Origin: a bacterium
GTDB lineage: Bacteria > SAR324 > XYD2-FULL-50-16
Direction: 5' to 3'
Length of the DNA: 64,000 nt
Assembly (NCBI GenBank): GCA_018830885.1
Contig: JAHJRI010000327.1
Span: forward strand, 1,691 to 65,690
In this document: positions 18,997 through 27,342 of the stretch, in pieces
Layout of the letters: each line of letters begins with the position of its first letter
Position numbering within the stretch: position 1 is the first letter of the stretch
Program-made: the position numbers and the translations under genes
Notes under the pieces: generated by a model
Seen by the model: the letters and a program-made list of their open reading frames with translations, nothing else
What the model was told of the DNA's origin: nothing
Databases searched by the model: none

Positions 18997-19800
18997 ATGA
19001 GTAGAGGGAAAAAGGACTATACCGCTTTCGATCATCCCTCAATATTGCAGTTTTTGTTCAATCCGAGACCAGAATGGGGTGTCCCTGCGGCGCCGGAAAC
19101 ATTTCAGGAAATACTGATTCCGGTAGAAGACAACGTTGTTGTCGGATCTCGTTTCTACAGTATTGAGAAAAGTGGGCCAGTCATCCTGTTTTTTCATGGA
19201 AATGGCGAAATCGTCGAAGATTACGGAGACCTTGCTCAGCTATACAGACAACGGCATATTAACTTCTTTCCGGTCGATTATCGGGGGTATGGGAAATCAA
19301 CCGGCATGCCATCGGTTTCCACCATGATGAACGATTGTCATGTGATATTCGAAACTATTTCCGCACTATTGAAAAACGAGGGATACACAGGTCCGCTGAT
19401 TGTTATGGGTCGGTCTTTGGGCAGCGCAGCAGCACTTGAGCTGGCAGATTCCTACCGGGATAGAATCGACGGTTTGATTGTAGAAAGTGGATTTGCTTTT
19501 GCACTGCCGTTGCTGCAGCTGATCGGTATCGATATCAAACGAATCGGGATACGGGAAGAACAGGGGTTTTCCAACTTCAGTAAAATTGCTGGATTTGATA
19601 AACCGACATTGATCATCCATGCCGAGTTGGATCATATCATTCCATTCAGTGAAGGTGAGTACCTGTTTAATAACAGTCCGGCAAAGGCGAAAAACCTCCT
19701 CATGATTCCGCGAGCAAACCACAATAATATTTTTGCCATCGGGTTGGATGCCTATCTGCAATCGATTCAGAACTTGATCCAGATGATTCTGCAGCGCTGA
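18997..19800 (+). CDS. alpha/beta-fold hydrolase
   Basis: ATG 18997 is preceded by AAGGAGAGG. FFHGNGE, GRSLGSAAA (GxSxG), ...ELDHIIP..., ...ANHNN catalytic His region. Confidence 0.75.
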   Translation: MSRGKKDYTAFDHPSILQFLFNPRPEWGVPAAPETFQEILIPVEDNVVVGSRFYSIEKSGPVILFFHGNGEIVEDYGDLAQLYRQRHINFFPVDYRGYGKSTGMPSVSTMMNDCHVIFETISALLKNEGYTGPLIVMGRSLGSAAALELADSYRDRIDGLIVESGFAFALPLLQLIGIDIKRIGIREEQGFSNFSKIAGFDKPTLIIHAELDHIIPFSEGEYLFNNSPAKAKNLLMIPRANHNNIFAIGLDAYLQSIQNLIQMILQR

Positions 19801-19879
19801 TCACCCCTGTTACCGCTATAAAGGGATGAAATCAGGGGGTTTTAAAAAAGGAACCAGGCAATGTTTTTTTTAAATCCGG

Positions 19880-19909
19880 TTGACCTAGATTGGCGGCAAG
19901 CAGTATGCT
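19880..19909 (+). promoter_or_regulatory. Candidate sigma70 promoter upstream of infA
   Basis: TTGACC (19880-19885), 18-nt spacer, TATGCT (19904-19909). Confidence 0.35.
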
Positions 19910-20037
19910 GATTGATACGGTAATAACATGCAGGAAAAAATACGACTCTCAACGGTCATCCTGCTGGATGTCATTTGTGGGACATCCATACCTGAATGAA
20001 CAAGGTACTGCAATAATTGATTAAATAAAGGAAAAAA

Positions 20038-20310
20038 TTGAGCGAAGATAAAATTCTGATGCAGGGAACTGTTTTAGATTCATCTAAAGGTGTATTCCAG
20101 GTGCAGCTTGAAAACGGACATACTGTCATCGGCCATCTTTCCGGAAAGATGAAAAAATATTATATTCGGGTATTAAAAGGCGATGAAGTCACGATTGAGC
20201 TTTCGCCATACGATCTGGAAAGGGGACGGATTGTTGAACGTAAGAAAATAGAAAGGAAAGTGGGAACTTCAAAGAAGGCACTCAAACATCGACAATACAA
20301 AAAACGGTAG
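20038..20310 (+). CDS. infA: translation initiation factor IF-1 with ~18-aa basic C-terminal extension
   Basis: The TTG start is supported by alignment of [12 protein letters not shown] with the E. coli KEDNIEMQGTVL N-terminus. [31 protein letters not shown] is the S1-like core. Confidence 0.9.
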   Translation: MSEDKILMQGTVLDSSKGVFQVQLENGHTVIGHLSGKMKKYYIRVLKGDEVTIELSPYDLERGRIVERKKIERKVGTSKKALKHRQYKKR

Positions 20311-20463
20311 TCAGCGAATCATCATTGATTGATGCCCTCATGACCCTTCCCTCCCGAAAAATCGCATTCCGCCCTTATCCCAGTCGTCTCAATGCCTAAG
20401 TTGAGCTGAAAAATACCGATTTTTCTACTGAATGGTCAATCGTTTGGTTCAGCCGTTTCACTC

Positions 20464-20817
20464 TTATCGAGACCTTAACAGTTTTTCTTTTAGACGATCC
20501 AGAAGGTTCTTTTTAGTAGAGACCTGTTTCTCTTTATTGACCAGTTCCTTGAGCTGTTTTCCAGGTTTGAAAACAGGAACTGTCTTTTCGGGAATGTCAA
20601 TGCTCTCGCCGGTCTTTGGATTCCGTCCCTGCCTGGAAGCCCTTCTTTTTGTTTCAAATGATCCAAAACCATATAACTGAATCCGATCCCCTTTGATCAG
20701 TGATTCGGTGATTCTGTTAATTGTCGCCTCCAGAATTAACTCGGTTTCAACCTTCGGCAGGCCGGAATCCTGTGAAATCAGTTCTATTAATTGAGATTTC
20801 GTAAGATTTTTTTCCAT
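20464..20817 (-). CDS. HU/IHF-family DNA-binding protein with C-terminal Lys-rich tail
   Basis: LYGFGSFETKRRASRQGRNPKTGESIDIPEKTVPVFKPGKQLKE is the HU/IHF beta-arm signature. Confidence 0.85.
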   Translation of the reverse strand: MEKNLTKSQLIELISQDSGLPKVETELILEATINRITESLIKGDRIQLYGFGSFETKRRASRQGRNPKTGESIDIPEKTVPVFKPGKQLKELVNKEKQVSTKKNLLDRLKEKLLRSR

Positions 20818-20948
20818 TTCCCTCCTTATTGGGTTCCAGATTATTCAGGTTTGCGCTGGTTCCAGTGTGGTAATATAGCCCTATTTTGAAATGCGGAAAA
20901 AGTCAAATCCATTTTTCGGGAGAACATTTACAAAGGTACTTGTTTTAA

Positions 20949-22457
20949 TCAGTCTGGCGTACTATTCATATTCTTGATCAACCTGTCCTGCCAGGCAGAG
21001 ACCTTTTCAAGCTGGGCCGCCAGTTGAAACAGGGTATGTTCCTCACCAAAACGCCCGATAAATTGTACACCACAGGGTAGACCATTTTCTGTCCAATGGA
21101 GAGGAACCGACATTGCTGGTTGCCCTGTAAAATTGGCCAGTTGGGTAAATGGTGTTTTTACAAGACTTTCGATGGCCAGTTGATCCGTTATGCCCGATAC
21201 TTTCAGAAGGCGTCCCAGCCCAAAGCGGTTGATGAACCGCAGTGCCATCAGCTCAACCGGTTTTGGTTTCAATTCCCCGATTTTGACAGGAGGCGCTGCC
21301 ATGGTGGGTGTCAGGTACAAATCGTATTTTTGATGGAATTGTCCCATGACGCGGGCGGCCTTGTCCCATTCCCGCAGGGCATTGACAAAATAACCGGCAG
21401 AGTAGGTGCGTCCCAGCAGTCCCAGTGTCCAGGTCAAGGTTTCCACATCGGTTCGCCTGGCCTTTCTACCCAGGATGTTTTCCAGTTGGTCGATATCGGC
21501 AGCCATCTCGCCAAAATACATTGCCAGATAGCTTTTCGCCAGCGCAATGCCATCCAGGACCGGTGCTGCTTCTTCAACATGGTGGCCAAGATCTGCAAGT
21601 GTTTTCGCCGTTTTTTCCACAGTGGCCTTGCATTCCGGATCCACAGCTGTGTTTAACGGGGAGCGGGAGTTGTAAGCGATTTTCAGGGGAACTGGATCCC
21701 GGGTAATCACCTCTGAATATCGTTCTCCCGGCGGGGCTATGGTGTATGGGGCACCAGGGTCTACTCCCTGCGTCGTTTCCAGCAATGTGGCACTATCTCT
21801 AACAGAGCGACTGACAATATGTTCGACGACAGCCCCCTGCCAGACCTGTCCGTGATCCGGTCCGGTTGGATTGCGACCGCGAGAGGGTTTTAAGCCAAAA
21901 AGTCCGCAACAGGATGCAGGAATGCGGATGGAACCGCCGCCATCGCCTGCCGACGCTAACGGCACCATCCCGCTGGCAACAGCAGCAGCGGATCCCCCGC
22001 TGGACCCGCCAGGTGTGTGTTCGCTGTTCCATGGGTTGCAGGTAGCACCATGCAGTTCCGGTTCCGTGTAGGCCATCAGACCGAATTCAGGACAGTTCGT
22101 TTTTCCCAGTATAACGAGACCCGATGTTTTAAATCGTTTGACCAGTTCGCTGTCCTGTTGAGGGATAAAGTCTTTATAAGCCTTGCTGCCGCTTGTCAAG
22201 GGAACCCCGGCATAGGCGGCCAGGAGGTCCTTGAGCAGGTACGGCACACCGGTGAAAGGTCCCTGGAGGAGCTTATCGGAAATGGTTTTTCTGGCCAGAT
22301 CATAAATGGTGGTAACCACCGCGTTAAACTTCGGGTTCTCCTGTTCAATCCGAAGGATAGCTGCTTCACAGACTTCAGAGGCCGATACCTCTTTTTTACG
22401 AATCAATTCTGCCAGCCCCAATCCGTCGAATTGCAGATATTCTTTAAATCCGCTCAT
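20949..22457 (-). CDS. amidase-signature family amidase
   Basis: 502 aa. [14 protein letters not shown] amidase signature with a downstream ...GGSIRIPA... motif. Confidence 0.9.
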   Translation of the reverse strand: MSGFKEYLQFDGLGLAELIRKKEVSASEVCEAAILRIEQENPKFNAVVTTIYDLARKTISDKLLQGPFTGVPYLLKDLLAAYAGVPLTSGSKAYKDFIPQQDSELVKRFKTSGLVILGKTNCPEFGLMAYTEPELHGATCNPWNSEHTPGGSSGGSAAAVASGMVPLASAGDGGGSIRIPASCCGLFGLKPSRGRNPTGPDHGQVWQGAVVEHIVSRSVRDSATLLETTQGVDPGAPYTIAPPGERYSEVITRDPVPLKIAYNSRSPLNTAVDPECKATVEKTAKTLADLGHHVEEAAPVLDGIALAKSYLAMYFGEMAADIDQLENILGRKARRTDVETLTWTLGLLGRTYSAGYFVNALREWDKAARVMGQFHQKYDLYLTPTMAAPPVKIGELKPKPVELMALRFINRFGLGRLLKVSGITDQLAIESLVKTPFTQLANFTGQPAMSVPLHWTENGLPCGVQFIGRFGEEHTLFQLAAQLEKVSAWQDRLIKNMNSTPD

Positions 22458-23021
22458 ATCGTCTCCGATAAATCATTATTAAAATGAGTAGGCCTTAAGG
22501 TTCCATAACCCATATTTTCATTCCTGAATATCGCCAGAACTCCTTTATAGAGCCTATGTTGATAAAAATCTACCCATAAAGGAAAATGGTCGAATCACCT
22601 CCCTTAATAAATAAGCTGACCGATTCAATGCGATGCAGGGGACGCTATAACCTCCAAAAAGCAGCCTTTTCCGATTCGAGGGCCATGCACCTGTGTCTCA
22701 AGCCCGGGGGTGGAAAGAACCTGGCGTGTCTCTCATGGTCTGAAACGTATTTACAGGGAAGTGACCCGGGGTATGATTGGGGTTTTTGTGAAATAATTTC
22801 AAATAACCGCTACATCTGAATCTCAATACTGACCTGACCGGGTAAGAAAAGGTTGAGATAAATTGTTGCCGATGCTAGATTGATACCGATTAAAAAACGT
22901 GTCTGATAGCAGGGTCCCAATTGGATGGTTTGGTGACACTGTGATCCGATCATCCGTCGGTTTATTCACACTAACGAACAGGCCTCCGGTAGTGGAGGGC
23001 ACAACGAGGGGCAAAAAACTT

Positions 23022-23786
23022 ATGGACCATGAAATGAACGATATCGACAGATTGGCTGAAATGATCCGGGAAAGCCGACGTATTGTCGTTTTTACCGGTG
23101 CCGGAATCAGCACAGAATCCGGAATTCCGGATTTTCGCAGTCCCGGTGGTCTCTGGACAAAATACCAGCCCATTGAGTTTCAGGATTTTATCAGATCGGA
23201 AGAAAAACGAAGGGATTCATGGCGCATGAAATTCGCCACAGAGAGTGTTTTGAAGAATGCAAAACCGAACAAAGGACATTTGGCGGTTGCCGATTTATAT
23301 CATCAGGGAAAACTGGCCCGGGTGATTACCCAGAATATCGACGGGTTACATCAGATGTCCGGTATCCCGGAAAACACGGTCGTGGAGTTACACGGCAATT
23401 CCACCTACGCAAAATGTCTGGAATGCGGCAAAAGATATAATCTGTCTGATATTAAGGAACAATTTACGATAAATGAGGTTCCCCCAGTCTGCAACGCATG
23501 TGGTGGTATTATAAAAACGGCGACCATTTCATTTGGTCAGCCGATGCCGGTTCATGAAATGCAGGAAGCTGAAACGGAAACCCTGGCCTGTGATCTGTTT
23601 TTAGCGATCGGGTCGTCTCTGGTGGTGTATCCCGCAGCCGGCTTTCCTCAGATTGCCAAACAGAACGGAGCGAAACTGGTTATCATCAACCGCGACGAGA
23701 CAGGTCTTGATAGTATTGCTGATCTGGTCCTTAATCGGGAAATCGGAGAGACACTTTCAGCGGCTATCGAGAAAACGAAGCATTAA
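23022..23786 (+). CDS. cobB: NAD-dependent protein deacylase (Sir2 family)
   Basis: VVFTGAGISTESGIPDFRSPGGLW, ITQNIDGLH, Zn ribbon CLECG...CNACGG. The start is taken at ATG 23022 (MDHEMNDIDRL). Confidence 0.9.
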   Translation: MDHEMNDIDRLAEMIRESRRIVVFTGAGISTESGIPDFRSPGGLWTKYQPIEFQDFIRSEEKRRDSWRMKFATESVLKNAKPNKGHLAVADLYHQGKLARVITQNIDGLHQMSGIPENTVVELHGNSTYAKCLECGKRYNLSDIKEQFTINEVPPVCNACGGIIKTATISFGQPMPVHEMQEAETETLACDLFLAIGSSLVVYPAAGFPQIAKQNGAKLVIINRDETGLDSIADLVLNREIGETLSAAIEKTKH

Positions 23787-25552
23787 TGACTGCCCTGAAT
23801 CTGGTTTAATAACTGCACATAGTGCCCGTTCGCCGCAACCAGTGCGTGATGATTACCTCTTTCAATGATTCTGCCATCTTTCATTACCAGAATCTGATCT
23901 GAATTCTGGATGGTGCTGAGTCGATGTGCAATGGCGATCACGGTTTTGGAGCTGAATATGTTCTCGATGGCTTTCTGGATATAACTTTCAGTGATTGAAT
24001 CCACTGAACTAGTGGCTTCATCCAGGAGCACCAGTTCACTGTCACTGACTACAGCACGGGCAAATGAGATGAGCTGTCCCTGTCCGGCAGAGAGATTGGA
24101 TCCATGATCGGTAATCTGAGAGTCGATTTTTTCAGGCAACTGTTCAATAAATCGGTCTGCATAAACATACTGTGTTGCCTGTTTGATATCTTTTGCGCTG
24201 ATCCCTTCCCTATTCAATGAAATATTGAAAGAGAGACTCTCATTAAAAAGAAAGACATCCTGCTGCATCATCGTGATGATTTTGATCAGGGCTGCCCGGG
24301 GTATCAGAGAGAGTTCAATACCATTCAGCCGGATTGACCCATCATAATTCTGATAGGTTTTCGTTAACACTTTCAGAATCGTGGTTTTCCCGGCACCGGT
24401 AGTACCCACCAAAGCGATTTTCTGCCCCCGTTGCAGACGAAAGGAGATATCCTGCAAAACCGGCGGTGATTTCTTTGAATAACGGTAGGATACGTCTTTG
24501 AACTCCAGGCATTCAAATTCAGCCAGCTTTTCCCTCAATGCCTCAGGCACCGCTTCCTCGCTTTCTTCACTTTTTTCGGAAAACAGTTGATAAATATGCT
24601 CCAGAGCAGAAAGTGCTCTCTGGATCATAGCCAGCTGCTGTGCGAATTCACGGATGGGAATAAAGATCTTGGAAAGCGTATTAATAAAACCGATCAAAAT
24701 GCCGATGGTGACGATGCCGGCCAGGACCTGTCCAGCGCCATACCAGATGATGATCGCCATTGTGACTGAAGTCAGGCCCTCAACGACAGAGAACAGGGCT
24801 GCGTCATAGGTATTGGACCGGGTCTGCGATTTTAAAAACCGTCCATTTTTCTCTTTGAACTGTCGTAAGACCTTTTTTTCCGCATTGTACAGCTGTACGG
24901 TTTTGATACCGTTCAGACATTCCTGCAGAAAAGCCGAGGCATCAGCCAGTGCTGTGCGGGCAGTATTGTAATAAAAGCGCAGCTTTTTTCTGAGATAGCT
25001 CGCCACCAGATAGACAACTGGAATAACGAGAATAATAATCAAGGTCAGCTTCCAGCTCAAATAAAAAAGAAAGATGAATAGTGAGATCGTTTTTAAAATG
25101 TCGGTAAACAGAGAGAGTACCCCAATGGTGATGGATTCTCCCAAGGCTTCCATGTCGCTGGTGATGCGGCTGAGGGTGAGACCGATGGGTGTTTTGTCGA
25201 AATACCGGCGGGGCAAAGAGAGGGTGTGGGAGAATAGCGCCGTTCGCATCCGGGCAATTGCCAGGTGTCCGACCCGTTGCAGGGAATAGTTATACAGACC
25301 ATCAGCCAGGTAACCGACCAGAATAGCTGCGGCCAGGGGTAGTATCATCTGGTAGAGTCCCTCCAAATCGCCTGGAACAATATAATCATCGATGATACGG
25401 ACTATCAAAAGTGGGATAATAACGGTCGCAGCGGTTGTGAAGGGAATGGCCGATACGCCGAGAAAGAACCATCCTTTGTGCGGCTTCACGTAGTGTGAAA
25501 ATTTCTGCAGCAGTTTTACGTCTTTGAGTTGGCTCATGTTGATTGTTATCAT
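23783..25552 (-). CDS. ABC exporter half-transporter (TMD-NBD fusion), MdlB/MsbA-like
   Basis: 589 aa. Six N-terminal TM helices, Walker A GTTGAGKTT, signature LSAGQGQ, Walker B LVLLDEATS. Confidence 0.9.
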   Translation of the reverse strand: MITINMSQLKDVKLLQKFSHYVKPHKGWFFLGVSAIPFTTAATVIIPLLIVRIIDDYIVPGDLEGLYQMILPLAAAILVGYLADGLYNYSLQRVGHLAIARMRTALFSHTLSLPRRYFDKTPIGLTLSRITSDMEALGESITIGVLSLFTDILKTISLFIFLFYLSWKLTLIIILVIPVVYLVASYLRKKLRFYYNTARTALADASAFLQECLNGIKTVQLYNAEKKVLRQFKEKNGRFLKSQTRSNTYDAALFSVVEGLTSVTMAIIIWYGAGQVLAGIVTIGILIGFINTLSKIFIPIREFAQQLAMIQRALSALEHIYQLFSEKSEESEEAVPEALREKLAEFECLEFKDVSYRYSKKSPPVLQDISFRLQRGQKIALVGTTGAGKTTILKVLTKTYQNYDGSIRLNGIELSLIPRAALIKIITMMQQDVFLFNESLSFNISLNREGISAKDIKQATQYVYADRFIEQLPEKIDSQITDHGSNLSAGQGQLISFARAVVSDSELVLLDEATSSVDSITESYIQKAIENIFSSKTVIAIAHRLSTIQNSDQILVMKDGRIIERGNHHALVAANGHYVQLLNQIQGSH

Positions 25553-27306
25553 TGGTATTGCTGCAACTCCCAGGTTTCACGATAGAGTCCTGCACGCTGA
25601 ATCAGTGACTGATGAGATCCTTGATCGACAATCCGACCCTCATCCAGCACGATGATCAGGTCAGCTTGCTCCAGCGCTTGAACACGATGGGAAACGATCA
25701 GCAAACTGCGTGCTGTGCGCCTTTTATGGATGTGCTCCAGGAGAATTCGTTCGGTCTCATAGTCAACAGCTGAAAGAACGTTATCCAGAATCAGGAGATC
25801 ACAGGGTGTCATTAAGGCTCGCGCCAGGCTGATTCGCTGTTTTTGACCACCGGAGAGCATGATGCCTTTCTCACCCACAATAGTATGTATTCCTTCCGGA
25901 AACCGATGTATATCTTCTGTTAAATCTGATTCATGAATTACGATGGCCAAATCCTGCGGGTCCGCTCTTTGAATCAGTTCTGTACCAAAACGAATATTGT
26001 TTTCGATTGTATCTGAAAACAGGAATACATCCTGACTCACCGTATGAATCACAGACCGGACATCTGCCAAAGACAGATCACAGAGATCATGCTGTCCCAG
26101 AAAAACCTGCTGTTCATCAATCGGGAGATAACGGTTCAGGCAATTGACCAGTGTCGTTTTACCGGAACCGATTTTACCCAGGATCCCGACTGTCTGGTTT
26201 GGCAGAATAGAGAAGGAAATATCCTTCAGAACCGGTTCGTCATGATCGGGATATGCGTGTGAGAGGTTCTTGATAACCAGGCCGTGATTGAAGAGTCGTG
26301 TCCTGACCGCAGCAGGCAGTGGCCTGGCCTCTGCTTCCGGAGTTGTCTCATTGAAAATGGTCATCAAGCTGGCGATTCCAAGCACCCCTGTTTGAAAAAT
26401 AGTTGTCAACCAGCCCAAACCCATAATCGGCGTCGTCAAAAGTGCCAGGTAAGCGATGAAGGCTGTCAGCTCACCGATGGATAACGAAGCACGAATGACC
26501 ATACTGCCACCAAACCACAGAACAATTACTTTGAGAATGTTTTCAAGGTTATGAAGAATGGGCATGAAGAAAGAACGAAAAAATGAGATCCGTAATGAGT
26601 GTTGTTTCAGTTCATGATTGGTTTTTTCAAACCGTTCACTTGTCAGATTGTTGATATTGTATGCTCTGATTACATCTATTCCGGTAAGGCTGGAAACAAT
26701 GAATCCTGAAATTTTCTGCAGTGTCACCATGCGTTCGCGGGTATAGCGAACTACAAAATGCATGCTGAAACGGATGATAATGAAAACAACGATAATGGGT
26801 AGAATGGTGTAAAGGGTTAAATCAGGGGAAAGCTGCCACATTTTGAAAGGAGCAAATGAGAGAGCGGTTGCAATGTTGAAAACCTGCATCATCCCAAATC
26901 CGCATATCATTCTGACGCCGTTGATATCATTTTGTATTTTGGAAATGATAGCGCCCGTGGCATTGTTGTCGTAGAATTTTTTTTGCAGAAACGTCAATTT
27001 TTGAAACAGGTCGTTTTTTATTTCATACTCGATGGCCCGACCTGGATTGAAGAAGAATACCCGTGACAGCGTTCGAACAACAATAATACACAGTGCCAGT
27101 GCAAACATGATCAACAGGTATGTCAGTAACTGATCTTTATTGGTATCCAGGGTTTCAGTGCTTTCTGACAGGAGATCAATACACAGTTTCAGATAGCCTG
27201 GAATGGTGACCGCGATCCAGTTGGTCAGGACAATAAATATAGTTCCCAGAAGATAGGAGAATTTATATTTGGCCAGGTAGCGGAACAGAAACCGGAAATG
27301 ACTCAT
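25549..27306 (-). CDS. ABC exporter half-transporter (TMD-NBD fusion), MdlA-like
   Basis: 585 aa. Walker A GKIGSGKTT, signature LSGGQKQR, Walker B LLILDNVLS. 4-nt overlap with the downstream ABC gene suggests a heterodimer. Confidence 0.9.
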   Translation of the reverse strand: MSHFRFLFRYLAKYKFSYLLGTIFIVLTNWIAVTIPGYLKLCIDLLSESTETLDTNKDQLLTYLLIMFALALCIIVVRTLSRVFFFNPGRAIEYEIKNDLFQKLTFLQKKFYDNNATGAIISKIQNDINGVRMICGFGMMQVFNIATALSFAPFKMWQLSPDLTLYTILPIIVVFIIIRFSMHFVVRYTRERMVTLQKISGFIVSSLTGIDVIRAYNINNLTSERFEKTNHELKQHSLRISFFRSFFMPILHNLENILKVIVLWFGGSMVIRASLSIGELTAFIAYLALLTTPIMGLGWLTTIFQTGVLGIASLMTIFNETTPEAEARPLPAAVRTRLFNHGLVIKNLSHAYPDHDEPVLKDISFSILPNQTVGILGKIGSGKTTLVNCLNRYLPIDEQQVFLGQHDLCDLSLADVRSVIHTVSQDVFLFSDTIENNIRFGTELIQRADPQDLAIVIHESDLTEDIHRFPEGIHTIVGEKGIMLSGGQKQRISLARALMTPCDLLILDNVLSAVDYETERILLEHIHKRRTARSLLIVSHRVQALEQADLIIVLDEGRIVDQGSHQSLIQRAGLYRETWELQQYQ

Positions 27307-27342
27307 GGGACCAGGGAAAAAGTTTGCAGGAAAAGATCAGGC

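Noticed and set aside
22840-22875. GACCTGACCGGG, whose reverse complement (CCCGGTCAGGTC) resembles the CAGGUCAGGUCCGG core of bacterial SRP (4.5S) RNA.
   Set aside because: The adjacent GGAAGCAGCC-type conserved segment and the complementary closing helix are both absent on either strand.
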